Shown piece by piece: positions 47,409 to 59,056 of a stretch of 64,000 nucleotides of DNA. How positions within the stretch are numbered: the first letter of the stretch is position 1; each line of letters starts with the position of its first letter. Made by a program: the position numbers and the translations under genes. The stretch spans positions 2,400,001 through 2,464,000 of the forward strand of contig CAWIPH010000002.1 of assembly GCA_963837955.1 (NCBI GenBank), given 5' to 3'. Under the pieces are notes generated by a model that was given only the letters and a program-made list of their open reading frames with translations, had not been told where the DNA came from and did not search any database. Origin of the DNA: an uncultured Verrucomicrobiae bacterium (lineage in GTDB: Bacteria; Verrucomicrobiota; Verrucomicrobiia; Chthoniobacterales; JAFAMB01).

Positions 47409-49850
47409 ATGCCTTCGCTGATCCAAGACTTCCGCTATGCCCTGCGGCTTTTACTAAAGTCGCCCGGGTTCGCAGTGTTGGCAGTAGTCACGTTGGGCAT
47501 TGGTATCGGTGCCAACGTGACGGTATTCAGCGTTCTGAATGCTATCTTGGTGCGATCTCTGCCGTTGCCGCAACCGCAACAACTTGTTCGCGTGTATTCG
47601 GAGTGGGAGCCGGCGTGGCCGTGCAGTAATGTTTCCGCGCCAGACTTTCTGGATTGGCGGGACAGGAACACAATGTTTGCCGGCCTGGCGGCCTGCCGGA
47701 TCAGAGAAATTACGCTCCAACAAAGCGATAGAGCAGAGAGAATCACGACGGCAGCGGTGTCCGCAAATTACTTTCAATTGATCGGAGTGAGTCCAACTCT
47801 AGGACGCGGTTTTCTAACGAACGAAGATCAGCCAGGTAGTTCTCACGTTACCGTTCTCAGCCAGGGCCTTTGCCGCCGCTTGTTTGGATCGACTGATGGA
47901 GTCTTGGGACGTTCGATTCAGTTGGATGCCGAATCCTACGTGATCGTTGGCATCATGCCGGCCGACTTTCATTTTCCGGACGAAACGATTCAGCTTTGGA
48001 TTCCAGTAAATTTCACCGAGGCGCAATTGCGGGATCGCGGGAACCGCTGGCTAACGATTTACGGTAGATTGAAGCCGGGTGTGACCGTAGCGCGAGCCAG
48101 GCAGGAAATGGTGGGGATCGGAGCGGATCTCGCTCGCGAATATCCGAACGACAATACCGGACTCGGAATCCGTCTGGTTGCGCTTCACGAAGACATCGTC
48201 GCGAAACAGCGTCCTGCGCTCTTGCTGCTACAGGGAGCAGTCGGCTGTATGCTTCTGATCGCGTCCATTAATTTAGCGAATCTATTGTTATCCCGGGCGC
48301 TAAGCCGGAGGCGCGAACTCGCTATTCGTGCTTCGCTCGGGGCAAGCCGTTGGCGCCTAGCGCAACAGTTGCTGGCCGAGAGCCTCTTGCTTGCCGCGGC
48401 CGGTGGGGTTCTGGGGATCTTGCTAGCCAATTGGGGAGTTGATTTATTCAGGCTCTTGGCCGAGACGCTGCTTCCGCGTTCATCGGAAATTCAGATCGAC
48501 ACGCGTGCGCTTGGTTTTACGCTGCTGCTTTCCATCCTGGTCGGTATTCTCTGCGGGTTGCTACCGGCGCTGGCCATATCCGACGGCATGCAACGCACGC
48601 TCCGCGAGAACTCCCGCAGCTCGGTGGGGGGAGTTCGTCAAGCGATGTTGAGAAACGCGTTGGTCATTGCAGAAATTGGTTGTGCACTGGTCGTGCTTAG
48701 CTGTGCCGGGTTGCTTCTCCGATCTTTTCTCAAATTGGAGGAGACCGATTCTGGCATTGCTCATTCAGAGAAGATATTGACTGCTTCGCTGTCGTTGCCA
48801 CCGGTGCTCTATCCGACAGATCAATCTGTGAGGTCATTCTACCAAGTGGCTCAACAGAGAATGGCGCAAATACCCGGAGTAAAATCAGCTGGGGCGATTA
48901 GTTTGCTGCCATTAACGCCGGGAGACACCGATACTAGCTTCCAGATTACCGGCAGACCGCCTTTTCCTCAGGGTCAGCAACCGGTTGCTCAACTGCGCGT
49001 GGTCAGTGGTAATTACTTTCAATCTGCCAGTGTTCCATTGATTGCGGGCCGGCTCTTCGATGAACGGGATGGACCTGACGCTCCCGCTACCATTCTGATT
49101 AATCGCTCCATGGCTCTTCGTTTCTGGAAGAGCGCAGAAGCCGCGATCGGAAACAAGATCGATAACGAAGCTGGCTGGGTCGGCACAATTGTCGGCGTAG
49201 TGGGTGACGTTCACCATTTCGGTTTAGCTGCGCCGGTCCGTGATGAATTCTATTATTCGGTGAACGAGGCGCCGGGCTACGGAGCACCCGGCGCAAGCTT
49301 GGCTCAAGGAATGGTTTTGGTGATTCGGGCGGCGGATTCAATCGATCCCGAAACCCTCATTGGACCTTTGTGCCAGAACATAAAAGAAATTGATTCGGCC
49401 GTACCGCTTTCGAGAATTAGCCTCTGGTCCAAGTTAATCTCTGATTCGGTTGGCGATCGCCGTTTGAATCTTTGGTTTGTCGGCAGTTTCGCTTCAGTAG
49501 CGCTCATTCTCGCGGCGATGGGCCTCTATAGTGTGATCTCTTACGGTGTGGCCCAACGCACCCGAGAAATCGCTGTGCGCGCTGCGCTCGGTGCGCGGCG
49601 CTTCGATATCTTTCGACTTGTCTTGAGTGAAGCAACCAGGCTAATGGGGATCGGCATTGCTGCAGGTCTTTTTGCCTCGTTCTGCCTGACGCACCTGATG
49701 CAAGGCCTCGTCTATGGCGTCGGCACCGCTGATCCGCAGACTTTCCTCGGAGTGATCGTACTGCTGCTGTTGATCGGTCTGATCGCGAACTACCTTCCGG
49801 CTCACCGAGCGATGAATATAAATCCCACCATGGCGCTTAGGGAAGAATAG
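47409..49850 (+). CDS. MacB/FtsX-like duplicated ABC permease #2 (close paralog of #1)
   Basis: Same length (813 aa) and collinear with #1. Confidence 0.92.
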   Translation: MPSLIQDFRYALRLLLKSPGFAVLAVVTLGIGIGANVTVFSVLNAILVRSLPLPQPQQLVRVYSEWEPAWPCSNVSAPDFLDWRDRNTMFAGLAACRIREITLQQSDRAERITTAAVSANYFQLIGVSPTLGRGFLTNEDQPGSSHVTVLSQGLCRRLFGSTDGVLGRSIQLDAESYVIVGIMPADFHFPDETIQLWIPVNFTEAQLRDRGNRWLTIYGRLKPGVTVARARQEMVGIGADLAREYPNDNTGLGIRLVALHEDIVAKQRPALLLLQGAVGCMLLIASINLANLLLSRALSRRRELAIRASLGASRWRLAQQLLAESLLLAAAGGVLGILLANWGVDLFRLLAETLLPRSSEIQIDTRALGFTLLLSILVGILCGLLPALAISDGMQRTLRENSRSSVGGVRQAMLRNALVIAEIGCALVVLSCAGLLLRSFLKLEETDSGIAHSEKILTASLSLPPVLYPTDQSVRSFYQVAQQRMAQIPGVKSAGAISLLPLTPGDTDTSFQITGRPPFPQGQQPVAQLRVVSGNYFQSASVPLIAGRLFDERDGPDAPATILINRSMALRFWKSAEAAIGNKIDNEAGWVGTIVGVVGDVHHFGLAAPVRDEFYYSVNEAPGYGAPGASLAQGMVLVIRAADSIDPETLIGPLCQNIKEIDSAVPLSRISLWSKLISDSVGDRRLNLWFVGSFASVALILAAMGLYSVISYGVAQRTREIAVRAALGARRFDIFRLVLSEATRLMGIGIAAGLFASFCLTHLMQGLVYGVGTADPQTFLGVIVLLLLIGLIANYLPAHRAMNINPTMALREE

Positions 49851-49851
49851 C

Positions 49852-49990
49852 TAATCGGTAGTCAGTAATCAGTAATTAACTATCCACAATATAACATGAG
49901 ATTCTTCGCAGAATTGTCAAACATCGGCAGACCATACTGCTATGGTATGATCGCACTGATTACTGATCACTGGTCACCGATTACTTACTG
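49852..49990. repeat. Second copy of the heptamer-flanked intergenic element at 44684-44912
   Basis: Shared core TAATTAACTATCCA.AATAT.ACATGAGATTCTTC...CTATGGT.TGATCGCACTGAT. Confidence 0.8.
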
Positions 49991-50022
49991 CCCAACGATC
50001 ATAGACTACCACCGTTAAAACT

Positions 50023-50742
50023 ATGCCCAGCGAAGCCTTAATCCACTTAGACGGCCTGAAGAAAGTGTTTCTCACAGACGAGATCGAGACCCACGCGTTA
50101 GCCGGAATTTATCTCGAGATTTTGAAAGGAGAATATGTCGCGATCGCCGGACCGAGCGGATGTGGCAAATCAACACTGCTATCGATTCTGGGACTTCTCG
50201 ATTCGCCGAGCGAAGGCACTTATCTGCTCAATGGTAAACAGGTCGAGGAACTGAACGCGAGCGAGCGAGCGCACATTCGAAATCGGGAGATTGGATTTAT
50301 TTTTCAGAGCTTCAATTTGATTGGTGACTTAACGGTATATGAAAACGTGGAATTACCGTTAACTTATCGACGCGATATGCCCCGGCCAGAACGTAAGAAG
50401 CGCGTTCTGGAATCGTTGCACCGAGTGGGCATGAGTCACCGGCAGCGACATTATCCAAATCAACTGAGCGGCGGTCAGCAACAACGAGTCGCTGTGGCTC
50501 GCGCCCTGGCAGGCTCTCCTTCGATTCTGTTGGCGGACGAACCGACCGGGAATCTGGACAGTAAGAACGGAGATGCCGTCATGGACCTGCTTTCCGAGCT
50601 GCATCAGGGAGGAGCAACCATCTGTATGGTTACCCATGACAGCCGGTTCGCCCAATATGCGAAGCGTACGGTTCATCTATTTGACGGACAAATAGTGGCT
50701 GAAGATGAGAACGCAAGGGAGGAGATGGGCGCGAGACGGTAG
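50023..50742 (+). CDS. ABC transporter ATPase (MacB/LolD type)
   Basis: [34 protein letters not shown] and MVTH motifs. Confidence 0.95.
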   Translation: MPSEALIHLDGLKKVFLTDEIETHALAGIYLEILKGEYVAIAGPSGCGKSTLLSILGLLDSPSEGTYLLNGKQVEELNASERAHIRNREIGFIFQSFNLIGDLTVYENVELPLTYRRDMPRPERKKRVLESLHRVGMSHRQRHYPNQLSGGQQQRVAVARALAGSPSILLADEPTGNLDSKNGDAVMDLLSELHQGGATICMVTHDSRFAQYAKRTVHLFDGQIVAEDENAREEMGARR

Positions 50743-50906
50743 GGACCGGCTCCCGCCGGTCCGATCGTTAACCTAGAGACGCCGAACAAATACTTCGAGC
50801 ACGAGGACGACGACAGCCTGTCCGCCATAGTCCCGCGAAAGCGGGACGACGGCGGAAGCACGAGGACGAGAGTGACTGCTTACTGCTAACTGTTTACCGC
50901 TAACTA
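50739..50906. repeat. Conserved inter-permease spacer module (GTAG REP, hairpin element, CTGCTAA heptamers)
   Basis: Homologous segments at 53361-53665, 56155-56303 and 58750-59156. Confidence 0.8.
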
Positions 50907-50912
50907 TTGACC

Positions 50913-53358
50913 GTGAACACCCTGCTACAGCATCTCCGCTACACGATCCGCGTCCTTCTCAAGTCCCCCGGATTCACCGTCACGACCATTCTGATCATGG
51001 GTCTCGGAATTGGGGCAAATACTGCAATCTTCAGTGTGGTTAATTCGGTTCTGCTGCAGTCGCTGCCGTATCCGGATGCAGGAAAATTGTTAGCAATATC
51101 GGAAACGGACCCAGTTTATCCTGAGATGGTGGTAGCTTATCCCGATTATCTCGACTGGCGTGCCAGCCAACATTCATTCGAAGATATTTCAGTGTATCGC
51201 CGGGATGATTTTAACTTGACCGGTAGCGGTGAGCCAGAACGTATTCACGGTGCGTTCGTGACAGCCAGTTATTTTCGAGTCCTTGGGCTCGCACCAAAAC
51301 TCGGGCGGACCTTCGCCGAGAGCGATGATCGAACGGGAGGTGCGAATGTCGTTCTCTTGAGCGAGAGATTCTGGCGAAACCGCTTCGGAGCTGACCCGAA
51401 CATTATAGGCCGCACCTTGGTCCTCAACGACATCAGCTATGAAGTTATCGGCGTCACCCCGGCGGAGTTGATGAATCCGGAAAATGTGGATGTCTACGCG
51501 CCATTTGGATTTTACGCTGATCGTCCCTATCTCACCGATAGAGGGAGTCACCCAGGTCTCTATTGTATCGGTCGTCTCAAGCAGGGCATTTCTGTCGAGC
51601 AGGCCGCGGCCGATCTAGCTGTTATCTCGCACAATCTGGAATCACGCTACCCAGAAACCAATTCGGGCGAGGCAATGAAACTGACACCGCTTCTGGAGAA
51701 GACGGTTGGTGAGTATCGGATGACCCTATCGCTTCTTCTGGCGGTTGTTGGGCTCGTGCTGCTAATCGCCTGTGCGAACGTCGCGAACCTTCTGCTCGGC
51801 CGCGCCGTTGTGCGGCAAAAGGAGCTAGCACTGCGCGCCGCACTCGGCGCGAACCGGGGTCGAATTGTGACGCAGCTTTTGACGGAAAGTATTTTATTGG
51901 CTGTGCTCGGGGGCTTACTCGGATTGATTTTTGCAGCGTGGAGCACCGACGCAATCGTCGCTTTGGCACCTCACGACGTGCTTCGCTTTCAGCAAATCCA
52001 AGTGAACGGATCGGTGCTTCTGTTTACCGCTGTTTTAACGCTGGGCAGCGGCCTGATATTTGGTTTGTGGCCGGCTTGGAAGCTCTCTCGAACGGACCTC
52101 GGTACGGTTCTCGAGCAAGCAGGTGGTCGTGGCAGTACAGCCAGGAGCCGGACGCCAGCGTAGTCAGGGATTGCTTGTCGTCAGCCAAGTGGCTCTTGCT
52201 AGCCTTCTTTTAGTCGGGGCAACGTTGCTCATCCAGAGCTTCCAGGCGCTGCAAAAGGTTCCTCTCGGCTTTGATCCTCATCATTTGCTCACAGTTCGAA
52301 TCAAGCTGCCCGGCTCCAAATACCGTAACGAGCCTGGCCAGCCTGCGAAGGTGGCAGAAATGGCTGCCTTTTATGACCGAATCTTGGAAAAGATCCAGAA
52401 TCTTCCCGGCGCCGAGATCGCTGCACTTTGTACCAATCTCCCATTCAGCGGCAGTGATTGGCAGATGGATTTTGCGGTGGCCGGTCGCCCAGATCCCAAA
52501 CCAGGTGAGGAACCATCAGCTGAATTTGCGTCGGTTTCTTCTGATTATTTCCGAGCTATGGGAGTTGAATTACTGCGCGGTCGCAGCTTCGAAGCGGAGG
52601 ATAGAATCGGCAAACCGCCTGTCGTCATCATCGACGAGAGTCTCGCGAATCGTTTTTTTCCGGGCCAGGACCCGATCGGCCAACAGATCTTTGACAATAT
52701 TCATAGTGGCGTGCGCACGCAATACACCGTCGTCGGTGTTGTACGCACCGTGCGGCACGACGATCTCAAGGAACAGCCCAAGTTGGCTCAGCTCTACATG
52801 CCCGTGACCCAAAAACCAGAGCTTCAGTCTACCATTCTAGTACGCACTGAGGGTGATCCGTTGGCACTTCCTCCTGTCGTTAAACACGCAGTCCAATCGG
52901 TCAATTCAGATCTCCCGGTCTTTGATGCCAGGACAATGGATAGCCTACTTGCCGACAAGCTCGCAACCCAGCGGCTCTCCGTAATCTTAGTGAGCCTCTT
53001 TTCGGTTCTCGCACTGATCCTCGCTGCGGTTGGTCTCTACGGTGTGCTGGCGTATTCCATTGCCCAGCGGACTCGTGAGATAGGCATTCGGATCGCTCTA
53101 GGTGCGCAATCGGGAAACATTTTGGGATTGGTAGCCACACAAGGACTCAGGATCGTTGGCGTTGGATTATCCATCGGGATCGTCGGTGCGCTCACTCTAA
53201 CCCGTTTGATCCAGAGCATGCTGTATGGTGTATCGGGCAACGATCCGACCGCACTTTTAACAGCCGCGATCGTGCTTGGTCTAACCGCATTTCTGGCCTG
53301 TTTGTTACCTGCGTTACGGGCAATCCGAATTAACCCCATTACGGCACTGAGAGAATGA
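50913..53358 (+). pseudogene. Duplicated ABC permease #3, split by a +1 frameshift near 52141 (pseudogene or sequencing error)
   Basis: ORFs 50907-52163 and 52060-53358 join as [15 protein letters not shown] if one C is removed, matching paralogs (GGTAGPQRQRSQ). Confidence 0.85.
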
Positions 53359-53439
53359 CGGTAGGGACCGGCTTCCAACTACGCCAAACTTGGACACGTT
53401 TGAATGAATACCAATTGAGGCTTCGTCGGACAGGCCCGC

Positions 53440-53540
53440 CAGTGAACACCAACGAACGCCAACGAACGCCAACGAACGCCAGTGAACACCAACGAACGCC
53501 AGTGAACACCAACGAACGCCAGTGAACACCAACGAACGCC
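53440..53540. repeat. Decamer tandem repeat (CAACGAACGC / CAGTGAACAC), about 10 units
   Basis: Direct reading. Confidence 0.9.
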
Positions 53541-53665
53541 AGCGAGCGACAGTGAATCAACTTCTTCCAGAAGCTCGCTGCCTTATGTTGACGCGCATGC
53601 GCGTACGCGGGACGACGGCGGAAGGACGACGACGAGAGTGAACTGCTAACCACTTACTGCTGACC

Positions 53666-56107
53666 GTGAACACCCTGATCTCCCATCTCCGCTACACGAT
53701 CCGCGTGCTGCTGAAGTCACCAGGCTTTACTGTTACTATCATTCTAATCCTGGGCTTAGGGATCGGCGCAAACACGGCGATCTTTAGTCTCATCAACGGC
53801 GTAGTGCTTAGGCCGCTCCCTTATCCAGCTGCCGATCGGCTCATGCTCTTTGTCCAGACTCTTCAAAATTTTGACACGGTGCCTCTAGGTTATGCGGACT
53901 ACCTGGACTTCAGCGGAGGTCAGCATAGTTTTGAGAACCTCACGGTCTACGACAACAATGACTTTACTCTTACCGGGCAGGGCGATCCGGAACGAATCAG
54001 CGGCCTTTACGTTACGGGTACTTTTTTCAAGGTGCTCGGCCGACCATTCCTGATTGGGCGGCCATTCGGCGAAACCGACGATAAGCCAGACGCTGCGAAC
54101 GTGGCAGTTGTGAGCGAGCATCTCTGGCGCACGCATTTTCACTCTGATCCGAAGATTGTCGGCAGCAGCCTCACAGTGGACGGCAGGAGTTTCCAAGTGG
54201 TCGGTGTAACTCGTGGGCAAGCTGATGAGACGGGAAAAGCCGATTTGTATGTTCCGGTGAGTCACGACCCGCTTTTCGAGCGATACAAAAGTATTCGGGG
54301 AGCGCACAGTTTCGTGTCTATCGGACGACTGGCCGACGGGATCACGCTGCAACAGGCCTACGCAGACCTCCAGGTCATCAACCAGAATCTAGCTGCTCGC
54401 TACCCTGTCACAAACAGTGGCTTCGGTGTTCGGCTGATGCCTTACCTGGATGGCGTTGTCGGCAGTTATTCTGGTCTCCTTTTCCTGCTGGAAGCAGCGG
54501 TTACCTGTTTACTGCTGATCACCTGTGCCAACATCGCAAATCTGCTGCTCGGCAGGACACAGATGCGTCGGAAAGAAATCACCATTCGAGCGGCTCTTGG
54601 TGCAGGTCGGCTGCGCCTGGTTCTGCAGCTTCTGGCTGAGAACTTGCTCCTGGCAGTGGTCGGAGGAGCGCTCGGCCTAGCCATTGCTTTCCTGGCAGTA
54701 GATGCGATCAAGGCTTTCGGTCCGGATATTGCCCGCTTTCAAGAGACCAGAGTTGATAGCGCCTCTCTCCTCTTCGTTCTCGGTATAAGTCTTTTCACGG
54801 CATTCCTCTTTGGACTCTTCCCGGCCTGGATTGCGTCCAAGGCTAATCTCGCTTACACGCTGAAAGATGAGGGGGAGCGTGGCGGTACTGCGGGTCCTCA
54901 GCGGCAACGAAGCCAGGCGTTTCTAGTAGGAGGACAAGTTGCACTTGCCTCCATTTTATTAATTGGTGCGGGATTGCTGGCACGGAGTTTTCAGGTACTG
55001 CAAAACATTCCTCTCGGATTCAATCCCCAGAATGTGCTGACTACCGATATCTTCCTGGCTGACGCCAAGTATGCGGATGAATCGAAGAGCGCCGCCTTCT
55101 TTGATACGCTCCTGGATAAGGTGGCGCATTTGCCTGGGGTAACTGCCGCCGCGATCAACAACAATTTGCCGTTTCACGGTCAAAACGTGAACGGCTTTGG
55201 GGTAGCTGGCCAACCCGATCCCGATATGGCCCATATGCCTTTGCTAGATCCTCAGTTTATATCCTCCGGGTACTTTCACGCACTGGGAATTCCGCTTTTA
55301 CGGGGTCGCGTATTTGATGAACAGGATCGGGCGGGCAAACAAAGAGTGGCGATCGTCAACGAAAGCATCGCCCAACGTTATTTTGCTGGAGAAGATCCTA
55401 TCGGGAAGCAAATCCATGACATGAATGACATAAGCGGCCTCCAGCGCAACTATTTCACGATTGTCGGCGTGGTGGGCAATGTACAGTTTGATAATCCGGA
55501 ATCGCAGCAAACTCCTCTCCAAGCTTATTATCCTTACGCTCAGGGCACTAATGCTCTCGATTCAATAATAGACTCTGGGACGCTGGTAGTACGCACGCAG
55601 GGCGATCCGCTTGCCATCGCAAAGACAGTACGCAAGGTCATCGCCGAAATCGATCCCGAGGTGTCGGTCGCCAGTCCGACCACCTTCGACGACCTCGTTT
55701 CGAAAACGTTCGCCATTCGCCGGATCGCGACGGTGATAGTTAGCTTATTTTCGACGGCAGCTTTGTTCCTGGCTGCGATCGGCTTGTATGCTGTTCTATC
55801 CTACTCCGTTATCCAAAGAACGCGCGAGATCGGGGTCCGGATGGCTTTAGGCGCCCAAACAACAAACATACTTCGACTAGTAGTCCGGCAAGGACTCCAG
55901 ATCGTTCTGCTCGGTCTAATAGTTGGGATAGTGGTGGCACTGACACTGACCCAGTTTATCGGCACCGTCCTCTATGGGGTGTCAACTGCGGATCCGGTAG
56001 CGCTGGGGATTAGCGTGCTGGTACTCGGCCTTGCCGCATTACTCGCGTGTTTGTTACCGGCGGTACAGGCGACCCGGATTAACCCGATTACGGCGCTAAG
56101 AGAATAG
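53666..56107 (+). CDS. Duplicated ABC permease #4
   Basis: [15 protein letters not shown]...QRTREIGVRMALGA...INPITALRE. Confidence 0.92.
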   Translation: MNTLISHLRYTIRVLLKSPGFTVTIILILGLGIGANTAIFSLINGVVLRPLPYPAADRLMLFVQTLQNFDTVPLGYADYLDFSGGQHSFENLTVYDNNDFTLTGQGDPERISGLYVTGTFFKVLGRPFLIGRPFGETDDKPDAANVAVVSEHLWRTHFHSDPKIVGSSLTVDGRSFQVVGVTRGQADETGKADLYVPVSHDPLFERYKSIRGAHSFVSIGRLADGITLQQAYADLQVINQNLAARYPVTNSGFGVRLMPYLDGVVGSYSGLLFLLEAAVTCLLLITCANIANLLLGRTQMRRKEITIRAALGAGRLRLVLQLLAENLLLAVVGGALGLAIAFLAVDAIKAFGPDIARFQETRVDSASLLFVLGISLFTAFLFGLFPAWIASKANLAYTLKDEGERGGTAGPQRQRSQAFLVGGQVALASILLIGAGLLARSFQVLQNIPLGFNPQNVLTTDIFLADAKYADESKSAAFFDTLLDKVAHLPGVTAAAINNNLPFHGQNVNGFGVAGQPDPDMAHMPLLDPQFISSGYFHALGIPLLRGRVFDEQDRAGKQRVAIVNESIAQRYFAGEDPIGKQIHDMNDISGLQRNYFTIVGVVGNVQFDNPESQQTPLQAYYPYAQGTNALDSIIDSGTLVVRTQGDPLAIAKTVRKVIAEIDPEVSVASPTTFDDLVSKTFAIRRIATVIVSLFSTAALFLAAIGLYAVLSYSVIQRTREIGVRMALGAQTTNILRLVVRQGLQIVLLGLIVGIVVALTLTQFIGTVLYGVSTADPVALGISVLVLGLAALLACLLPAVQATRINPITALRE

Positions 56108-56309
56108 CCGCAAAAGAACGCAGAGAACACAAAGACAAAATACGAGAGCTCGACCTCGCCGACCGATGGCTAACCTAGAAACGCTGAGCGAATCATTCGA
56201 GGACGACGACAGCCAGTCCGCCATAGTCCCGCGAAAGCGGGACGACGGCGGAAGCACGAGGACGAGAGTGAACTGCTTACCGCTAGCTGCTAACTGCTAA
56301 CTATTGACC

Positions 56310-58748
56310 GTGAACAGCCTACTATCACATCATCGATACACGATTCGCGTACTCCTGAAGTCGCCGGGATTCACCATTACTACCATTCTGATCCTGGGCT
56401 TAGGGATCGGCGCTAATACGGCGATTTTTAGCCTGATTGATGGCGTGTTGCTCAAGCCGCTGCCTTATCCCGAAGCGGATCGGCTGGTCCAGATTTTCCA
56501 GCCAGTTCGAGAGTACGAACAAATGCCGATGGCCTATTCCGACTATGTGGACTTCCGCCAAGACCAGCACAGCCTACAAGATTTGACAATTTATCGCACG
56601 GACGATTTCCAAGTCACCGGAAACGGAGACCCGGAACGAATCGACGGCGCCTATGTCACAGGGAGTTTTTTCAAGGTGCTGGGCAGACCATTTGTCCTAG
56701 GCAGGCCTTTCGGAGAAGAGGAGGACACCGGAGCCGCCGGTGTGGTTGTTCTCAGCGAACAACTGTGGCGGACCCGCTTCCACGCGGATCCCAAAGTGAT
56801 CGGTACTAACATAACGCTGAGTGGACGTAGCTTCCAAATTGTCGGCGTTACACCCCCGCAAGCAAACGAGACAGGGAAGATTGATCTGTATGTCCCTTTC
56901 AGTCTTATGCCCATGTTCGCCGATCTGAGGTCACGGCGCAGTGGACACATGCATTACTGCATCGGACGACTGAAGGATGGGGTCACTCTACAACAGGCCC
57001 AAGCCGACTTCGAAGTGATCAATCAGAACCTGGTTGCCAGGTATCCGGAGACCAGTTCGGGTTTCGGAATCCGGCTCGTACCTTTTTTGGACAGTGTGGT
57101 TGGCGACTATTCAGCTACTCTTTGGATTTTGGGGGCAGCGGTGGGTTGCTTGCTGGTGATCACTTGTGCGAACACCGCGAATCTCTTACTTGCCAGGGCG
57201 CGCGAGCGCAAAAAGGAGATTACGATTCGAGCAGCGTTGGGGGCGACTCGCGAACGTTTGCTGATGCAGCTATTAACCGAGAGCCTGCTGCTCGCGTTCG
57301 TTGGCGGTGGATTTGGGTTGTTTGTCTCCTATTGGGCAGTCGTATTGATCAGAACCTTTGGCTCGGAGAATATTACCCGACTTGAAGCAGTTAGTATCGA
57401 TGGCACTGCCCTCATCTTTGTGTTTGCTATCACGCTACTCACGACATTGCTGTTCGGCCTTCTTCCAGCTTGGGTCGTCTCGAGAGCGAATCTCACTTCC
57501 GCGCTGCGCGACGAAGGCGGGCGAACCGGAACAGCCGGCCCGGAACGGCAACGCAGCCAAACCATCCTGGTCATCGGACAAGTCGCGCTAGCGTCCGTTC
57601 TTCTCATTGGAGCGGGGCTGCTTACACGCAGTTTTCTGGCTCTACAGAGTGTACCTCTGGGTTTCAACGCTCATCACATTCTCACGGCCAATATCTATCT
57701 TGGTAACACCAAGTACGCCGAGGACAGCAAACGCAAAGTCTTCTTCGATACATTGCTTGATAAGGTTCACCATCTACCGGGAGTGACGGCGGCCGGCTTA
57801 AACGATTGCTTGCCGTTCTACAATAACGACATGGAGAATCTTAGCATCGTTGGTCAACCCGCGCCCGACCGTAATCACCTACCTTGGATGGCCCGGCAGA
57901 TTGTCTCTCCCGACTATTTTCGTGTGCTCGGAATTCCTCTTCTGCGAGGACGACTGTTTGATGACCGAGATCAAACGGGGAAGAAGAACGTGGTAATTAT
58001 TAACGAGAGCATCGCGCAACACTATTTTGCCGGAGAAGATCCGATCGGAAAGCAAACCGATGACCAAGGCAACCTTTTCGGTAAAGAGCGTCACTACTTC
58101 ACGATCATCGGCGTAGTCGCAGACGTGCAGCATGACGATCCGGGCACCGAGCGAACTCCTTTTCAGGTCTACTATCCATACACCCAATCAGCGGGAGGCT
58201 TCGAAACGCTGAAATTCGCGACGCTCGTATTGCGTACGGACGGTGATCCTCAATCGCTGATAACAGCCCTGCGAAAGACTGTTGCCGCAATCGATCCAGA
58301 CCTTCCGCTCTCAAACATCGGTTCGTATGATGACCTCATCGCAGGCACGTTCGCGACCAAGCGTCTCGCAGTGATTGTAGTTAGTCTATTTTCCGGAGCA
58401 GCCTTGCTGTTAGCAGCGATCGGCTTATACGCGGTTCTTTCTTATTCGGTCAGTCAAAGGACGCGCGAGATCGGTGTGAGGATGGCTTTGGGAGCACAAT
58501 CATCGAACATCCTCAGACTGACAACTGGCCAAGGACTCAGCATTGTTCTTGTGGGATTAATCCTTGGAATTTCGGCGGCACTCACCCTTGCCCACTTTAT
58601 CGGGAGCGTCCTGTATGGGGTGTCAGCTACCGATCCGGTTGCACTTGGACTGAGCGTGCTCACGCTGGGTCTCGCTGCGTTGCTAGCCTGTTTGTTACCG
58701 GCGTTGCGTGCGACGCGGATTAACCCAATCACGGCGCTAAGAGAATGA
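56310..58748 (+). CDS. Duplicated ABC permease #5
   Basis: Same family motifs; GTG start by analogy with paralogs. Confidence 0.92.
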   Translation: MNSLLSHHRYTIRVLLKSPGFTITTILILGLGIGANTAIFSLIDGVLLKPLPYPEADRLVQIFQPVREYEQMPMAYSDYVDFRQDQHSLQDLTIYRTDDFQVTGNGDPERIDGAYVTGSFFKVLGRPFVLGRPFGEEEDTGAAGVVVLSEQLWRTRFHADPKVIGTNITLSGRSFQIVGVTPPQANETGKIDLYVPFSLMPMFADLRSRRSGHMHYCIGRLKDGVTLQQAQADFEVINQNLVARYPETSSGFGIRLVPFLDSVVGDYSATLWILGAAVGCLLVITCANTANLLLARARERKKEITIRAALGATRERLLMQLLTESLLLAFVGGGFGLFVSYWAVVLIRTFGSENITRLEAVSIDGTALIFVFAITLLTTLLFGLLPAWVVSRANLTSALRDEGGRTGTAGPERQRSQTILVIGQVALASVLLIGAGLLTRSFLALQSVPLGFNAHHILTANIYLGNTKYAEDSKRKVFFDTLLDKVHHLPGVTAAGLNDCLPFYNNDMENLSIVGQPAPDRNHLPWMARQIVSPDYFRVLGIPLLRGRLFDDRDQTGKKNVVIINESIAQHYFAGEDPIGKQTDDQGNLFGKERHYFTIIGVVADVQHDDPGTERTPFQVYYPYTQSAGGFETLKFATLVLRTDGDPQSLITALRKTVAAIDPDLPLSNIGSYDDLIAGTFATKRLAVIVVSLFSGAALLLAAIGLYAVLSYSVSQRTREIGVRMALGAQSSNILRLTTGQGLSIVLVGLILGISAALTLAHFIGSVLYGVSATDPVALGLSVLTLGLAALLACLLPALRATRINPITALRE

Positions 58749-58934
58749 AGGTAGGGACCGGCTTCCAACTACGCCAAAATTCTACACGTTTTGAATTAAT
58801 ACCAATTGAGGCTTCGTCGGACAGGCCCGCCGGTCCGATCGCTAACCTGGAGACGCTGAACGAAAGATTCGAGGACGAGGACAGCCTGTCCGCCATAGTC
58901 CCGCGAACGCGGGGCAGCCGCGAGACCCAACGCG

Positions 58935-59056
58935 GGGAGGGATCGCGTCCCCGCGATCCGTTGTGGCCGGACCCAAGCGCGTTTGTATACCAAGGGTTAA
59001 ATTGCGTCCCCAGGTTAGAGATCGTTTTCGCGGCGCGCGGGGACGCGCGCCCTCCC
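58935..59056. repeat. GGGAGGG REP doublet nested inside a hairpin element
   Basis: GGGAGGGATCGCGTCCCCGCGATCCG ... CGGCGCGCGGGGACGCGCGCCCTCCC. Confidence 0.7.

Noticed and set aside
53314..53653. Repeat-protein ORFs (RSLAFVGVHW-like), and ORFs at 9380-9836, 42544-42910 and 58729-59154
   Set aside because: They are translations of non-coding tandem or palindromic repeats
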